Shown: positions 1 to 9,203 of the stretch, one piece after another
How the letters are laid out: each line of letters starts with the position of its first letter
Position numbering within the stretch: position 1 is the stretch's first letter
NCBI GenBank assembly: GCA_963796685.1
Contig: CAWCMR010000022.1
Coordinates: 176,457-240,456 of the forward strand
DNA: 64,000 nt
Reading direction: 5' to 3'
DNA from: an uncultured delta proteobacterium
Lineage (GTDB): Bacteria > Myxococcota_A > Polyangia > Fen-1088
Notes under the pieces: generated by a model
What the model saw: only the letters and a program-made list of their open reading frames with translations
Databases searched by the model: none
Told to the model about the DNA's origin: nothing
Position numbers and translations under genes: made by a program

Positions 1-166
1 AGGCAGAGGAACATGCCGTCTTATCGGCGGCCGCGCGCCGAAGTTGCCCCCTGGCCTCCACCCAACCAAGCTGTGGCATGCTGACGTGGCGCACCGTGCA
101 CCGAGCATCCACATTTTTCTCTTTCTGCTCAACAACGCCGCCACAGTGGTGTTCTCGAGATGAATC

Positions 167-784
167 ATGAGCGAAGCCCGCCCCAACGTCGTTCCCCTGC
201 GTAGCCTTGCCTCGGGCGTCGCGCTCGACCAGGGGGACGATGAGCAGTTGATGGCGTTGGCCGCGGGTGGCGCGAAGGTCGCTTTCGCCGTGCTGGTCGA
301 ACGCTACCTGCCCAAGGTCACGAAGTACTGCGCCCGCTTCGTCGGCCAGCTCGCGGCGGCCGAGGAGCTGGCCCAGGAGATCTTCCTCGAGGTCTGGCTG
401 CGGCGCACGCGCTACCGGTCGCAGGGCAAGTTCGTGGTCTTTCTGTTCACCTTGGCCAGGCATCGCTGCCTCAATCGCCTGCGCGACGACCGCCGCCGCC
501 ATCGCCGCGATCTCGATGTCGGCAGCGACGGCCTGGTTGCGGGAAGCTGCTCGCCCGACCAACTCGACGTGCTTCTGGAGCGCGAGCGCCAGCGCCGGGT
601 GCAGGCGGCGCTGCTCGGGCTCTCGACCAAGCTGCGCGAGGCGGTCCTGCTGCGCTTCGACCAGGGGCTCGACTATCCGGATGTCGCGCGCATCCTGGGT
701 TGCTCGCAATCGACGACCCGCTCGCGCGTTCGATTGGCCATGCTGCGGTTGCGCGACGAGCTGGCGGGAGGCTCTTTGCCATGA
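167..784 (+). CDS. ECF sigma-70 factor
   Basis: Region 2 (AEELAQEIFLEVW..FVVFLFTLARHRCLN) and region 4 HTH (LSTKLREAVLLRFDQGLDYPDVARILG); overlaps the next gene by 4 bp. Confidence 0.92.
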   Translation: MSEARPNVVPLRSLASGVALDQGDDEQLMALAAGGAKVAFAVLVERYLPKVTKYCARFVGQLAAAEELAQEIFLEVWLRRTRYRSQGKFVVFLFTLARHRCLNRLRDDRRRHRRDLDVGSDGLVAGSCSPDQLDVLLERERQRRVQAALLGLSTKLREAVLLRFDQGLDYPDVARILGCSQSTTRSRVRLAMLRLRDELAGGSLP

Positions 785-1608
785 ACATCCCCTGTCCCGG
801 CAGTCAGGAATGGTTGAGCCTCGTCGACGGCGAGGCCACGGAAAACCGCGCCGCCGAGCTGCGCGTCCATGCCTCCGGCTGTTCGCGCTGCGCGCGGGAG
901 CTCGAAACGCAGCTCCAGTTGGTGCGCGACCTCGCGGCGCCGGTGCCGGTGTCGGCGGACGCGGTTCAAACGGTCATGCGTAGCATCGAGCATGCCGAGC
1001 GGCCGGTGCGCAGATTCGGCTGGCGGGGTTGGGCGTTGGCCGGCGGCGCGCTCGCGGCGGTCACCGTGGCGGCGCTCGCGCTCCTGCCGTCGACCGGCGG
1101 CGAGCGCGGGGTCTTCACCGCCCGCGGTCACCGCGTGCCCTGGGCGCGCAAGGTGGGTGTCGAGGTCTGGGCCATCGACCATTCGCCGCGCAAGCTGGAG
1201 GCCGGCGCGGCGCTTTCGCCCGCCACGGGCATCGTGGCGAGCTACCACAACGTCGACGCCGACATCGCCTACCTGATGGTTTTCGCCATCGATGCCCGCG
1301 GCGAGCTCCACTGGGCCTATCCCGGCTTCGAGGACGCCAAGACCGATCCCGTGGCGGTTCGCCTGGAGCCCCTGCAGGTGAACAAGGTGCTTCCCGATTC
1401 CGTGATGCTCGACGATCTGGCTGCCGGGCCGCTGGAGCTGGTCACCTTGATCGCACGCGAGCCGTTGCGCGTCTCTCGCATCGAATCCCTGCCGGTTTCC
1501 GCCAGAAGTGCGGCCAGTCTGCGCACCCGCTTTTCCACCGCGCGCATCGAGAGCCTGTCCCTGCGCGTGGTGCCTGCCCCTGCTTTGCCCAGCAAGGAGA
1601 AGCCGTGA
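781..1608 (+). CDS. Zinc-binding (ZAS) transmembrane anti-sigma factor with extracytoplasmic C-terminal domain
   Basis: N-terminal H-x3-C-x2-C (HASGCSRC), single TM helix; ATG at 781 overlaps the sigma stop codon. Confidence 0.8.
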   Translation: MNIPCPGSQEWLSLVDGEATENRAAELRVHASGCSRCARELETQLQLVRDLAAPVPVSADAVQTVMRSIEHAERPVRRFGWRGWALAGGALAAVTVAALALLPSTGGERGVFTARGHRVPWARKVGVEVWAIDHSPRKLEAGAALSPATGIVASYHNVDADIAYLMVFAIDARGELHWAYPGFEDAKTDPVAVRLEPLQVNKVLPDSVMLDDLAAGPLELVTLIAREPLRVSRIESLPVSARSAASLRTRFSTARIESLSLRVVPAPALPSKEKP

Positions 1609-3506
1609 AAGCGATCGCCTTTCTGCCCGTCTTGCTTTTGTCCGGCCCGGCTCTGGCGGTTTCCCCGGAGCAGCCTTTCACGACCCTGGTGCTGATCGTG
1701 GCCAGCAACCGCGGCCCGGCGCTCGACCGGCCACCCTTGCAGTACGCGGACGACGACGGAGCCAAGTACCATGAGGTCTTCGCTTCCCTGGCCGGCGAGG
1801 CCAACACCACGCTCTTGACCGAGCTCGACGCCGACAGCGCACGCTTGTTTCCCCGCTTGGCGGCCTCTGTCGCGACCCCCACGCGCGCCCACGTCGATGC
1901 GGTGGTCGAACGCTTTACGCGCCAGGCGCATGAGGCGCACCAGGCCGGACGGCACGTCGGTTTCTACTTCGTGTTCGCCGGTCACGGCGACGTGGACGAA
2001 GGACGGGGTTTCTTGGAGCTCGCCGACGGCGCGTTTACCGCCGACGATCTCGACGCGCTCTTGCGCCGCATCGGCGCCGACGAGTCGCACGTCATCCTCG
2101 ACAGCTGCAACTCCTTCTTCGTGGTCAATCCGCGCAAGCCGGGCGGCCGGCGCTTCGCCACGCCTCGCGACGCTGCCGAGAAGCTGGCGCACCGGTTACC
2201 CAATGTCGGCGTGTTTCTGTCGACCAGCGCGGAGGCCGAGGTCTTCGAGTGGTCCGAGCTCCAGTCGGGCGTGTTCAGCCATGCCGTGCGCTCGGGCCTG
2301 ATGGGCGCCGCCGATGCCAACCGCGACGGCCGTGTCAGCTACGAGGAGCTGGCCGCCTTCGTCGCCACCGCGGCGGCCGAAATCAAGAATCCCCTCTACC
2401 GCCCCAAGGTCTTCGCGCGCGGCCCGAACGGCGACGACGAGCGCACGCTCTTCGACCTGGCGCGGACCCATACCCTGACCTTGACGGTCGACGAAGGTGC
2501 CGACACGCGCCTGGCGGTGCGCGACCGCGACGGCTTGCGCTGGCTCGATGCCCACAAGGAGGCGGGGCAGGTGCTTGACCTGCACCTTCCCTGGGCGTTC
2601 GCCGGCCATATGGAAGTGGATCGGTTGAGCGTCGATGGCCCCGTCGCCGGCTCGGTCCTGGCCCGCTACGAGGTGCCCGGAGACTCGGACAAGCCGGTGG
2701 TACTGGCGCAGCTCGCGGCCGAAACCCCGGAGAGCGGCCCGCGCGGCGGGCAGGAGCTCTTTCGCGGGCTCTTCGTTCGGCCCTTCGGCCCGCGCGCCCT
2801 GGCCGCCTATCGCGAAGAGCAGGCGCGCGCGCCCGAGCCGGTCTTCGGCATCTCGCGCGAAGACGCCCAGCGCATGGGCCTGCTGCTCGAACAGCTCGAG
2901 GCCATCGAGCACCAGCAGCGCCTGAGCTTGGCCACCATCAATTTCACCATGGGCGCGGTCTATGGAACCTATTTCGGGCTTGCGGCGCGCGAGCGCGGCC
3001 TGGCCGGGGACGAAAAGGCCGGCTTTCTCGCGGGCGGCATCATTCTGACCTCCATAAACATGGGAATGGGGTTGTATCGGCTGCTGCACGTCCCCGAGCG
3101 CGAGCGCGTCTACGAGCGCTTCCGCGCGGACATGTCCCGGCCCGACGCCGACCAGGCGCGCGTGGCCGCCGCCATCGAGACACGGCTGCAGCAGATCCAG
3201 GACGAGGAACGACACCGGCGCAAGCTGAAGCTGGTGGCGGGATACGTCGCCACCGGACTCTGCGTCGGACTGGCCGCGCTGAACGAGACCAATTCGCAGT
3301 CGCAGGACTCGCGCATTCTCGAGCGTGGGTTCATTCTCGCCGTGACCGGGACGCTGCTGACCGTGACCTTGCACGAGCAGTTCTCGACCGGCGCCACCGA
3401 CAAGCTCATCGAGCTGTGGCGCAAGGATCCGCGCCACCAGCCGCTCGATTTGTCCCTCGCGCCGGTGGCGGGCGGCGGGATGTTCGCGCTTTCAGGGACG
3501 TTCTAG
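1605..3506 (+). CDS. Caspase-like (peptidase C14) protein with signal peptide, EF-hand-like loop and C-terminal hydrophobic helices
   Basis: Catalytic dyad motifs FAGHG and ILDSC; DANRDGRVSYEE; GTG start overlapping the upstream stop, AAGGAG RBS. Confidence 0.82.
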   Translation: MKAIAFLPVLLLSGPALAVSPEQPFTTLVLIVASNRGPALDRPPLQYADDDGAKYHEVFASLAGEANTTLLTELDADSARLFPRLAASVATPTRAHVDAVVERFTRQAHEAHQAGRHVGFYFVFAGHGDVDEGRGFLELADGAFTADDLDALLRRIGADESHVILDSCNSFFVVNPRKPGGRRFATPRDAAEKLAHRLPNVGVFLSTSAEAEVFEWSELQSGVFSHAVRSGLMGAADANRDGRVSYEELAAFVATAAAEIKNPLYRPKVFARGPNGDDERTLFDLARTHTLTLTVDEGADTRLAVRDRDGLRWLDAHKEAGQVLDLHLPWAFAGHMEVDRLSVDGPVAGSVLARYEVPGDSDKPVVLAQLAAETPESGPRGGQELFRGLFVRPFGPRALAAYREEQARAPEPVFGISREDAQRMGLLLEQLEAIEHQQRLSLATINFTMGAVYGTYFGLAARERGLAGDEKAGFLAGGIILTSINMGMGLYRLLHVPERERVYERFRADMSRPDADQARVAAAIETRLQQIQDEERHRRKLKLVAGYVATGLCVGLAALNETNSQSQDSRILERGFILAVTGTLLTVTLHEQFSTGATDKLIELWRKDPRHQPLDLSLAPVAGGGMFALSGTF

Positions 3507-3576
3507 CGACCGACTCGAGGGCCGCCAGCGCCCTGGAACTGGATTCGCCCAGGCATGTGCCCTATGTTTCGGGCAC

Positions 3577-4824
3577 ATGCCTCCGTCAGACCATGACCAG
3601 CACGAATTGGGCGCGTCGCCGCGCAAGACCCTGATTCTGCTCGCGCTCTTCGCTCTTCTCGGCGTGATCTTCGCCGGGGTGTCGTCCTACGATTTCATCG
3701 CCCACCTCGACCGCCAGGTGCACGCCATCACCTGCTCCATCGTGCCGGGCCTCGGGCCCAAGGACACCAGCGGCGCGTCCGGATGCCACACCGTGCTCAT
3801 GAGCCCGTACTCCTCGGTGTTGCGCGATCTGACGTGGGGCGGGATCCCCATCGCCTTGCCGGCCTTCGGCGTGTTCGCCTTTCTGCTCTTTCGCGCCGTC
3901 GATCTGCTGTTGCGCAAGCGCATGGTGCGCGTCGAGACCGGGTTCATGGTCGCGGCGACCGCCCTGCCGGTGCTGACGTCGCTTGTCTATGCCATCATCT
4001 CGGCCACGCAGATCGGGACCTTTTGCAAGGTGTGCGTCGGTATCTATGTCTCGTCGCTGGGCGTGTTCGTGGCCGCCATCGCGGCCCACGTCTTCACCGC
4101 CCCGTCGCGGGATAGGGCCAGCACGAGCAGCCTCCTCGGCCAGTGGGGCTTCTACTTCGTCGAGGGGCTGGCCATGGTCGCCTTGCCGGTGCTGCTCTAC
4201 CTGGCGCTCAAACCGGCCTACGCGGATTCGCTGCTGCACACCTCGGGGCTGCGCCATCCCGAGGACAAATACGGCATCATGCTGGATCTGCACGGCCAGG
4301 GACAGGTGCCCGCGATCGAGGTGCTGGATCCACTGTGTCCCGCGTGCAAGGGCTTCTCGGAACGCCTGGCTGCAAGTGGAATGGGCGATCGACTGCACCT
4401 CGAGCTCGTGCTCTTTCCCCTCGACAAGGAGTGCAACTGGATGGTCGGCGAGTCGCTTCACCCCGGCGCGTGCGCGGTCAGCGAGGCGCTGCTGTGCGCG
4501 GGCGATCGGGCGGGCAAGGTCCTGGATTGGGCCTTCGCCAACCAGGCGGATCTGCGCGCTCGCGGCGCCAGCGGCGAGTCCGCGGTCTATGCGCGCATCA
4601 AGCAGGACTTCCCCGATCTCGCCAGCTGCGTGGGCCAGCCCGCGGTGCGGTCGCGGGTCAACAAGGGGTTGCGCTGGATCGTGTCCAATTCGCTGCCCGT
4701 GCTGACGCCCCAACTTTTCGTACGCAACCAGAAGGTGCCCGACGAGGATACCGATCTCGGGCTCGACTACGTTTTGTCGCGCATGCTTGCCCAAAGCGCG
4801 AACGCGGGTGAGGTGCGACGATGA
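3577..4824 (+). CDS. Vitamin K epoxide reductase (VKOR) fused to a DsbA/thioredoxin domain
   Basis: Loop Cys pair, TM CKVC motif, then DPLCPAC and cis-Pro TP motif. Confidence 0.85.
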   Translation: MPPSDHDQHELGASPRKTLILLALFALLGVIFAGVSSYDFIAHLDRQVHAITCSIVPGLGPKDTSGASGCHTVLMSPYSSVLRDLTWGGIPIALPAFGVFAFLLFRAVDLLLRKRMVRVETGFMVAATALPVLTSLVYAIISATQIGTFCKVCVGIYVSSLGVFVAAIAAHVFTAPSRDRASTSSLLGQWGFYFVEGLAMVALPVLLYLALKPAYADSLLHTSGLRHPEDKYGIMLDLHGQGQVPAIEVLDPLCPACKGFSERLAASGMGDRLHLELVLFPLDKECNWMVGESLHPGACAVSEALLCAGDRAGKVLDWAFANQADLRARGASGESAVYARIKQDFPDLASCVGQPAVRSRVNKGLRWIVSNSLPVLTPQLFVRNQKVPDEDTDLGLDYVLSRMLAQSANAGEVRR

Positions 4825-5510
4825 ACGCGGGAAGGACGCATCTGGTGCTGCTTCTGTGCGCCTTGGCGGGCGTCGGGCTCGCGGTGTCGTCGTGGACGCG
4901 CGCGGCCGGGGTCCGGCTGGCCGAAACCCAGGGCAAGGCGCCCGAGGTGGCGACGGCCAGCGCCTCGGACATGGGCTACTGCTCGGGCGAGCTCAAGGTG
5001 ATTCTCAAGCGCGTGCTGACCTCGTGCGGTCTCGTGGCCGGGGGAACCTCGCGCGGCTGCCAGCCCTTGCAGGCGCGCCAGGTGGCCGCCATGTCGGGTG
5101 GCGATTTCAATGCGCTCTTCTCACCGCTGGCCGAGCGCGCCGCGATCCTGCAGTTCGACAAGGACAGCGCCGATCTCGATGCCGCCGCCGCCGATCTGCT
5201 GGAAAAGACCTTCGCCGATCGCCGCGGGGCCTCGTACTTCTTCGTGGTGTCGCGCGCCTCGCCGGAAGGCTCGACCGAGCACAATCGCGAGCTCAGCCAC
5301 CGTCGCGGCAGCGCCGTGCTCGACCACATCCGGACCAAGTTCCAAGACCCCGACATCGATCAAGAGGTCGGGCTTCTGTGGCTGGGCGACGAGTTCGCCC
5401 AGCTCGATAAGCAGTTCTGCCAGTGGAAGCGCTCGCGTGCAGGCGACGCGTGCGGCACGCCGGAGCTGAACCGTTCGTCCTTCATCGCCTGGATCGACTG
5501 TCGGCTATGA
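4821..5510 (+). CDS. Cys-rich OmpA-like peptidoglycan-binding domain protein
   Basis: ILQFDKDSADL ... ASPEGSTEHNRELSHRRGSAV resembles OmpA_C. Confidence 0.7.
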   Translation: MNAGRTHLVLLLCALAGVGLAVSSWTRAAGVRLAETQGKAPEVATASASDMGYCSGELKVILKRVLTSCGLVAGGTSRGCQPLQARQVAAMSGGDFNALFSPLAERAAILQFDKDSADLDAAAADLLEKTFADRRGASYFFVVSRASPEGSTEHNRELSHRRGSAVLDHIRTKFQDPDIDQEVGLLWLGDEFAQLDKQFCQWKRSRAGDACGTPELNRSSFIAWIDCRL

Positions 5511-6100
5511 AACACGCACTGCTCGCCTTGTCACTCCTCTTGTGTGCCGCCTGCAACGAAAAGAGTCCGCAGCCCATGGCCTCGTCCCGCTACGAGGCGG
5601 TCAAGGCGGTTTCCAACCTGGCGGCACACTGGTGCGACACCTCGTTTGCCGGCGCCGCCGCGCCTCGCCTGACCCTGCCACCGCTGGCCGCGCCCAAGCC
5701 CGGCACCAGCCAGGTCGCGCTGCCCAAGGGTAAGCGCGTGTGGGTGAATCTGTGGGCCACCTGGTGCGAGCCGTGCCTGCGCGAAATGCCGCTCTTGCTC
5801 AAATGGCGGGACGATTTGCGCAAGGACGGCGTGGACGTGGACGTTCTGTTCCTCTCGCTCGACGAGGATGCGGGAGCCTTCGACGATTTTCTGGCCCACC
5901 ACAAGGACATCGCGGCGGCCAAGGTCGCGCGCGTGGCATCCCAGCACGACTACGAACAGTGGACCAAGGCCTTCTTGAAGGCTCCCGACACGCCCATTCC
6001 CATCCACATGCTCGCCACCGCCGACGGCAACCTGCGCTGCATCCGCAGCGGCTCGCTTCGCGAGGGCGACTATCCCGCGGCGAAATCCGTCCTGCGTTAG
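5507..6100 (+). CDS. TlpA-family thioredoxin lipoprotein
   Basis: VNLWATWCEPCLREMP; lipobox CAAC. Confidence 0.88.
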   Translation: MKHALLALSLLLCAACNEKSPQPMASSRYEAVKAVSNLAAHWCDTSFAGAAAPRLTLPPLAAPKPGTSQVALPKGKRVWVNLWATWCEPCLREMPLLLKWRDDLRKDGVDVDVLFLSLDEDAGAFDDFLAHHKDIAAAKVARVASQHDYEQWTKAFLKAPDTPIPIHMLATADGNLRCIRSGSLREGDYPAAKSVLR

Positions 6101-6157
6101 CAACCGTTGCTTACCGCGGGCTAGCCGGCCGGCGCCTCATGCGACTACAATGGGGCG

Positions 6158-8086
6158 ATGCTGGCACTGCTCGCTCTGTTCGGCCCCAAGCAAGGACTGC
6201 GCATTCCACTCGCCGGGCGGCTGACGCTTGGCCGCGGGGCGGATGCGGATCTGCGGCTGGAGGATGGCAAGGTTTCGCGCGAGCACAGTCGCATCGACGC
6301 CACCTCGGTGCGGGCGATGATCGAGGATCTCGGCAGTCAGAATGGTACCTATGTCAACGGCGAGCGCATCAGCCGTCCCACCCCGCTTGCCGAGGGCGAC
6401 GAGATCATGCTAGGCGACACGTTGCTGCTCGTCGCTGGCGACCCGATCGAGGTTGCGAACGCGCGCTACGGTGCGGGCACCTTGCTGGTCTCGCCGCGCG
6501 GACGCGCCAGCACGGCCTTGAATCCCGGCTCGCCTCTTCCCGAACAGGCGGGCAGGGACGGCACGCGCGGAATCGGTGCGCTGGCGGCGCGGCTGGCGGC
6601 GGCGGGCAGCGAAGAGGAGGTCGCCGCAGCCGTGCTCGACGCGATCGAAGGCGAGCTTGCGCCGAAGCGCGCGACGCTGCTCTTGCGCGTGTGGCAGGGC
6701 CAGGCCAAGGAGCGGGTCGTGGCGCTCGCCACGCGCGGCGAGGGCGGGGTGTTTTCCGTCTCGCGTACGCTGCTCGAACGCGCAGCCACATCGCAGCGAG
6801 GAATTTTGGTCGAGGATTCCACGGACAGCCGCGAGCTGCGCGGCGTGCGCAGCGTGGTTCTGCACGACCTGCGCTCGGTGCTGGTCGTGCCTTGGGGCCC
6901 GCGTGGGGATGGCGTGCACGGCGAAGGGCCGCGCGGTTTCATCCATGTGGATCGGGGTCCAGAGCGTCCCTTCGTTTCGTCGGATCTGGCCTGGCTGGAG
7001 GCTGTGGGGCACCTCGTGACCCTGCGTTTGGGCGAGCGTCCGGGGCCCGCACCCGCCGCGACCGTGGCGACCATGGCGACCATGGCGACCATGGAAGGTC
7101 CCGTCGGAGCAAGCCCTGCCTTCGTTGCCGCCCTCGGGTTGGCCACCTCGGCGGCGCGTGTGGATTCGACGGTGTTGCTCCTCGGCGAGCCCGGGACCGG
7201 CAAGGAAGATATTGCCCGTCTGATTCACACCCGCAGCGCGCGCCATCGCGGCCCGTTCGTGGCCGTCCACTGTGGGGCCATGGCCGAGACCCTGGTCGAG
7301 AGCGAGCTTTTGGGTCACGAAAAGTGCGCCTCCAGCGGCGTCGCCGTCACGCGCCTCGGTGCCTTCGAGGCGGCCGATGGCGGAACCTTGTTTCTCGACG
7401 AGATCGGCGATCTATCGCCTGCCCTGCAGACCAAGCTTCTGCGTGTGCTGAGGGAGCGGGCGGTGGTGCGGGTCGGCGCCGGCTTGTCCCGGCAGGTGGA
7501 CGTGCGCATCGTGGCCGCCACCCACCGCGATCTCGCCCACGACGTGAACGATGGGCTCTTTCGCGAAGACCTCTTCCTTCGCCTCGGCGTCCTCGCCATC
7601 ACCTTGCCGCCGCTGCGCGATCGGCGCGACGACATTCCCCTGTTGGCGCGCGTGCTCGTGGATCGCATCGCCGCGCGCCTCGGCCGGCGCTCTCCCGGCC
7701 TGACCGCCGATGCGGAGACCGCGCTGGCCGCCTGGGAATATCCCGGCAATGTGCCCGAGCTCGTCAACGTGCTCGAACGCGTTCTCGTCCTGCGCGATCC
7801 GCGCGATCCAGGAGCCATCGATCGCGACGATGTGCTGGCCGGGCTCGGGCGCCCCATGCGCCCGCTTGCCGGCCCGGCGGTGTCTTCCGGGCAGGATGCC
7901 CACGAGGGCAAGCTCGCGAACGCGATGGAGCGGCTCGAAAAGGGCAAGGTGGAAGCCGCCCTTCGTCGCGCGCGCGGCGTGAAGAGTCACGCGGCTCGCA
8001 TCCTCGGCATCAGCCGGCCCGCGCTCGACAAGAAGATCGCGGATCTGAACGTCGACCTGTGGGCCAAGGAGACCGGCGGCAACTAA
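6158..8086 (+). CDS. FHA-GAF-AAA+-Fis sigma54-type enhancer-binding protein, with GAFTGA degenerate
   Basis: FHA ([16 protein letters not shown]), Walker A GEPGTGKE, Walker B LFLDEIG, C-terminal HTH; the GAFTGA position reads CASSGV. Confidence 0.9.
   Translation: MLALLALFGPKQGLRIPLAGRLTLGRGADADLRLEDGKVSREHSRIDATSVRAMIEDLGSQNGTYVNGERISRPTPLAEGDEIMLGDTLLLVAGDPIEVANARYGAGTLLVSPRGRASTALNPGSPLPEQAGRDGTRGIGALAARLAAAGSEEEVAAAVLDAIEGELAPKRATLLLRVWQGQAKERVVALATRGEGGVFSVSRTLLERAATSQRGILVEDSTDSRELRGVRSVVLHDLRSVLVVPWGPRGDGVHGEGPRGFIHVDRGPERPFVSSDLAWLEAVGHLVTLRLGERPGPAPAATVATMATMATMEGPVGASPAFVAALGLATSAARVDSTVLLLGEPGTGKEDIARLIHTRSARHRGPFVAVHCGAMAETLVESELLGHEKCASSGVAVTRLGAFEAADGGTLFLDEIGDLSPALQTKLLRVLRERAVVRVGAGLSRQVDVRIVAATHRDLAHDVNDGLFREDLFLRLGVLAITLPPLRDRRDDIPLLARVLVDRIAARLGRRSPGLTADAETALAAWEYPGNVPELVNVLERVLVLRDPRDPGAIDRDDVLAGLGRPMRPLAGPAVSSGQDAHEGKLANAMERLEKGKVEAALRRARGVKSHAARILGISRPALDKKIADLNVDLWAKETGGN
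7058..7093 (+). repeat. In-frame 9-bp tandem repeat (GCGACCRTG x4, [12 protein letters not shown]) in the GAF-AAA linker
   Basis: Read directly from the sequence. Confidence 0.85.
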
Positions 8087-8213
8087 AGCCGCCTGGCGGC
8101 CGCCACTACAGTACGCAGAACCAACCGTAGGATGGCGACAGCGGAGGTAGCGCTCGAGATCGGGGTGGAGGAAGTCGGGCGACGGCGCACCAGCGGTGCT
8201 CGCGCCCGCGGGA

Positions 8214-8861
8214 TCAGAGGATCGCCACCGTGTAGGCGAACCGGACGGCTCCTATGATCCAGGTGTGCACCGCCATCTGGTTGTCCGGGATGTCCCGGCT
8301 TGCGCCGCCCGCGCTGATGCTGCCATAGCGGCCGAGCTCGAAACCGAAGTAGGGCGCAATAGTCAAGCGCGGCGAGATCTCGAATTCGCCACCCACCTTG
8401 AGCGACAGGTATTCGTATCCGTCGATGCTGCCGCTCGTGCCAGACATGCCGATCTCGAGCGATTCGTAGCCGACGCCGACGCTGCCCCACAGGGGCGTGC
8501 TGGGCAGGTAGCCCCGGCCTTCGATGCCGAGCTCGGTGCGATCGGCCGAGCAGCTCGCGCCGCTCGGGCAGTTGTCGGTGAAGCCGAAGTCGTAGCCGAA
8601 GAGCAGGCCCGCGTAGAAGGCCTGGGAAAAGCGGTAGCCCAGCCCCAACGTCAAGGGAACCAGTGCTGGTACGTAGTAAGAGATGGCGTGGTCGTTTTCA
8701 ATCCAGTTTCCCGTTGAACGAGCGACGCCGAGGGCGGCCGACACCTCGATGCCGTGATCGATCGACGTTTGCGCCGAGGCCACGGTCGAGCCAAGGGCAA
8801 CGACCGCAAAGCCGGCAACGGCAAGAACAGTTCGGGTGGCACGGACGGGCTTTTGTCGCAT
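8214..8861 (-). CDS. Secreted outer-membrane beta-barrel protein
   Basis: Signal peptide ending ASA|Q; alternating aromatic/Gly strands (LTLGLGYRF, VGVGYE, AVRFAY). Confidence 0.65.
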   Translation of the reverse strand: MRQKPVRATRTVLAVAGFAVVALGSTVASAQTSIDHGIEVSAALGVARSTGNWIENDHAISYYVPALVPLTLGLGYRFSQAFYAGLLFGYDFGFTDNCPSGASCSADRTELGIEGRGYLPSTPLWGSVGVGYESLEIGMSGTSGSIDGYEYLSLKVGGEFEISPRLTIAPYFGFELGRYGSISAGGASRDIPDNQMAVHTWIIGAVRFAYTVAIL

Positions 8862-9203
8862 GGGGGAAGCTCCGCAAGAGAGTGTTGGTGAAAGAGGTCC
8901 CATCGAGTGTAGTCCAATCCCGCAATTCACTCTAGTGGTAGCTGACGCGGGCGTCGGCGTCACCTCACCAGCTCGAGTTGGTACACAGGAGCACGATCTG
9001 GGATCGTGAGCAGCCTTCGGTTGGCAGGTCCGCCGAGAACGGGAGACCACAAGGCCAGGCTTGGTCTCCGGTGCCTTGGCCCGCAGCCGCTAGCCCTCAA
9101 ACTCTGGCGGATATCGTCACGGCCCATGGCGGTCGCTTACTGCTGCCATGGCCCCTGAAATTTTTCGCGACGGTGGGGCTTCGGCCGACCAGACTCTGCC
9201 CCG

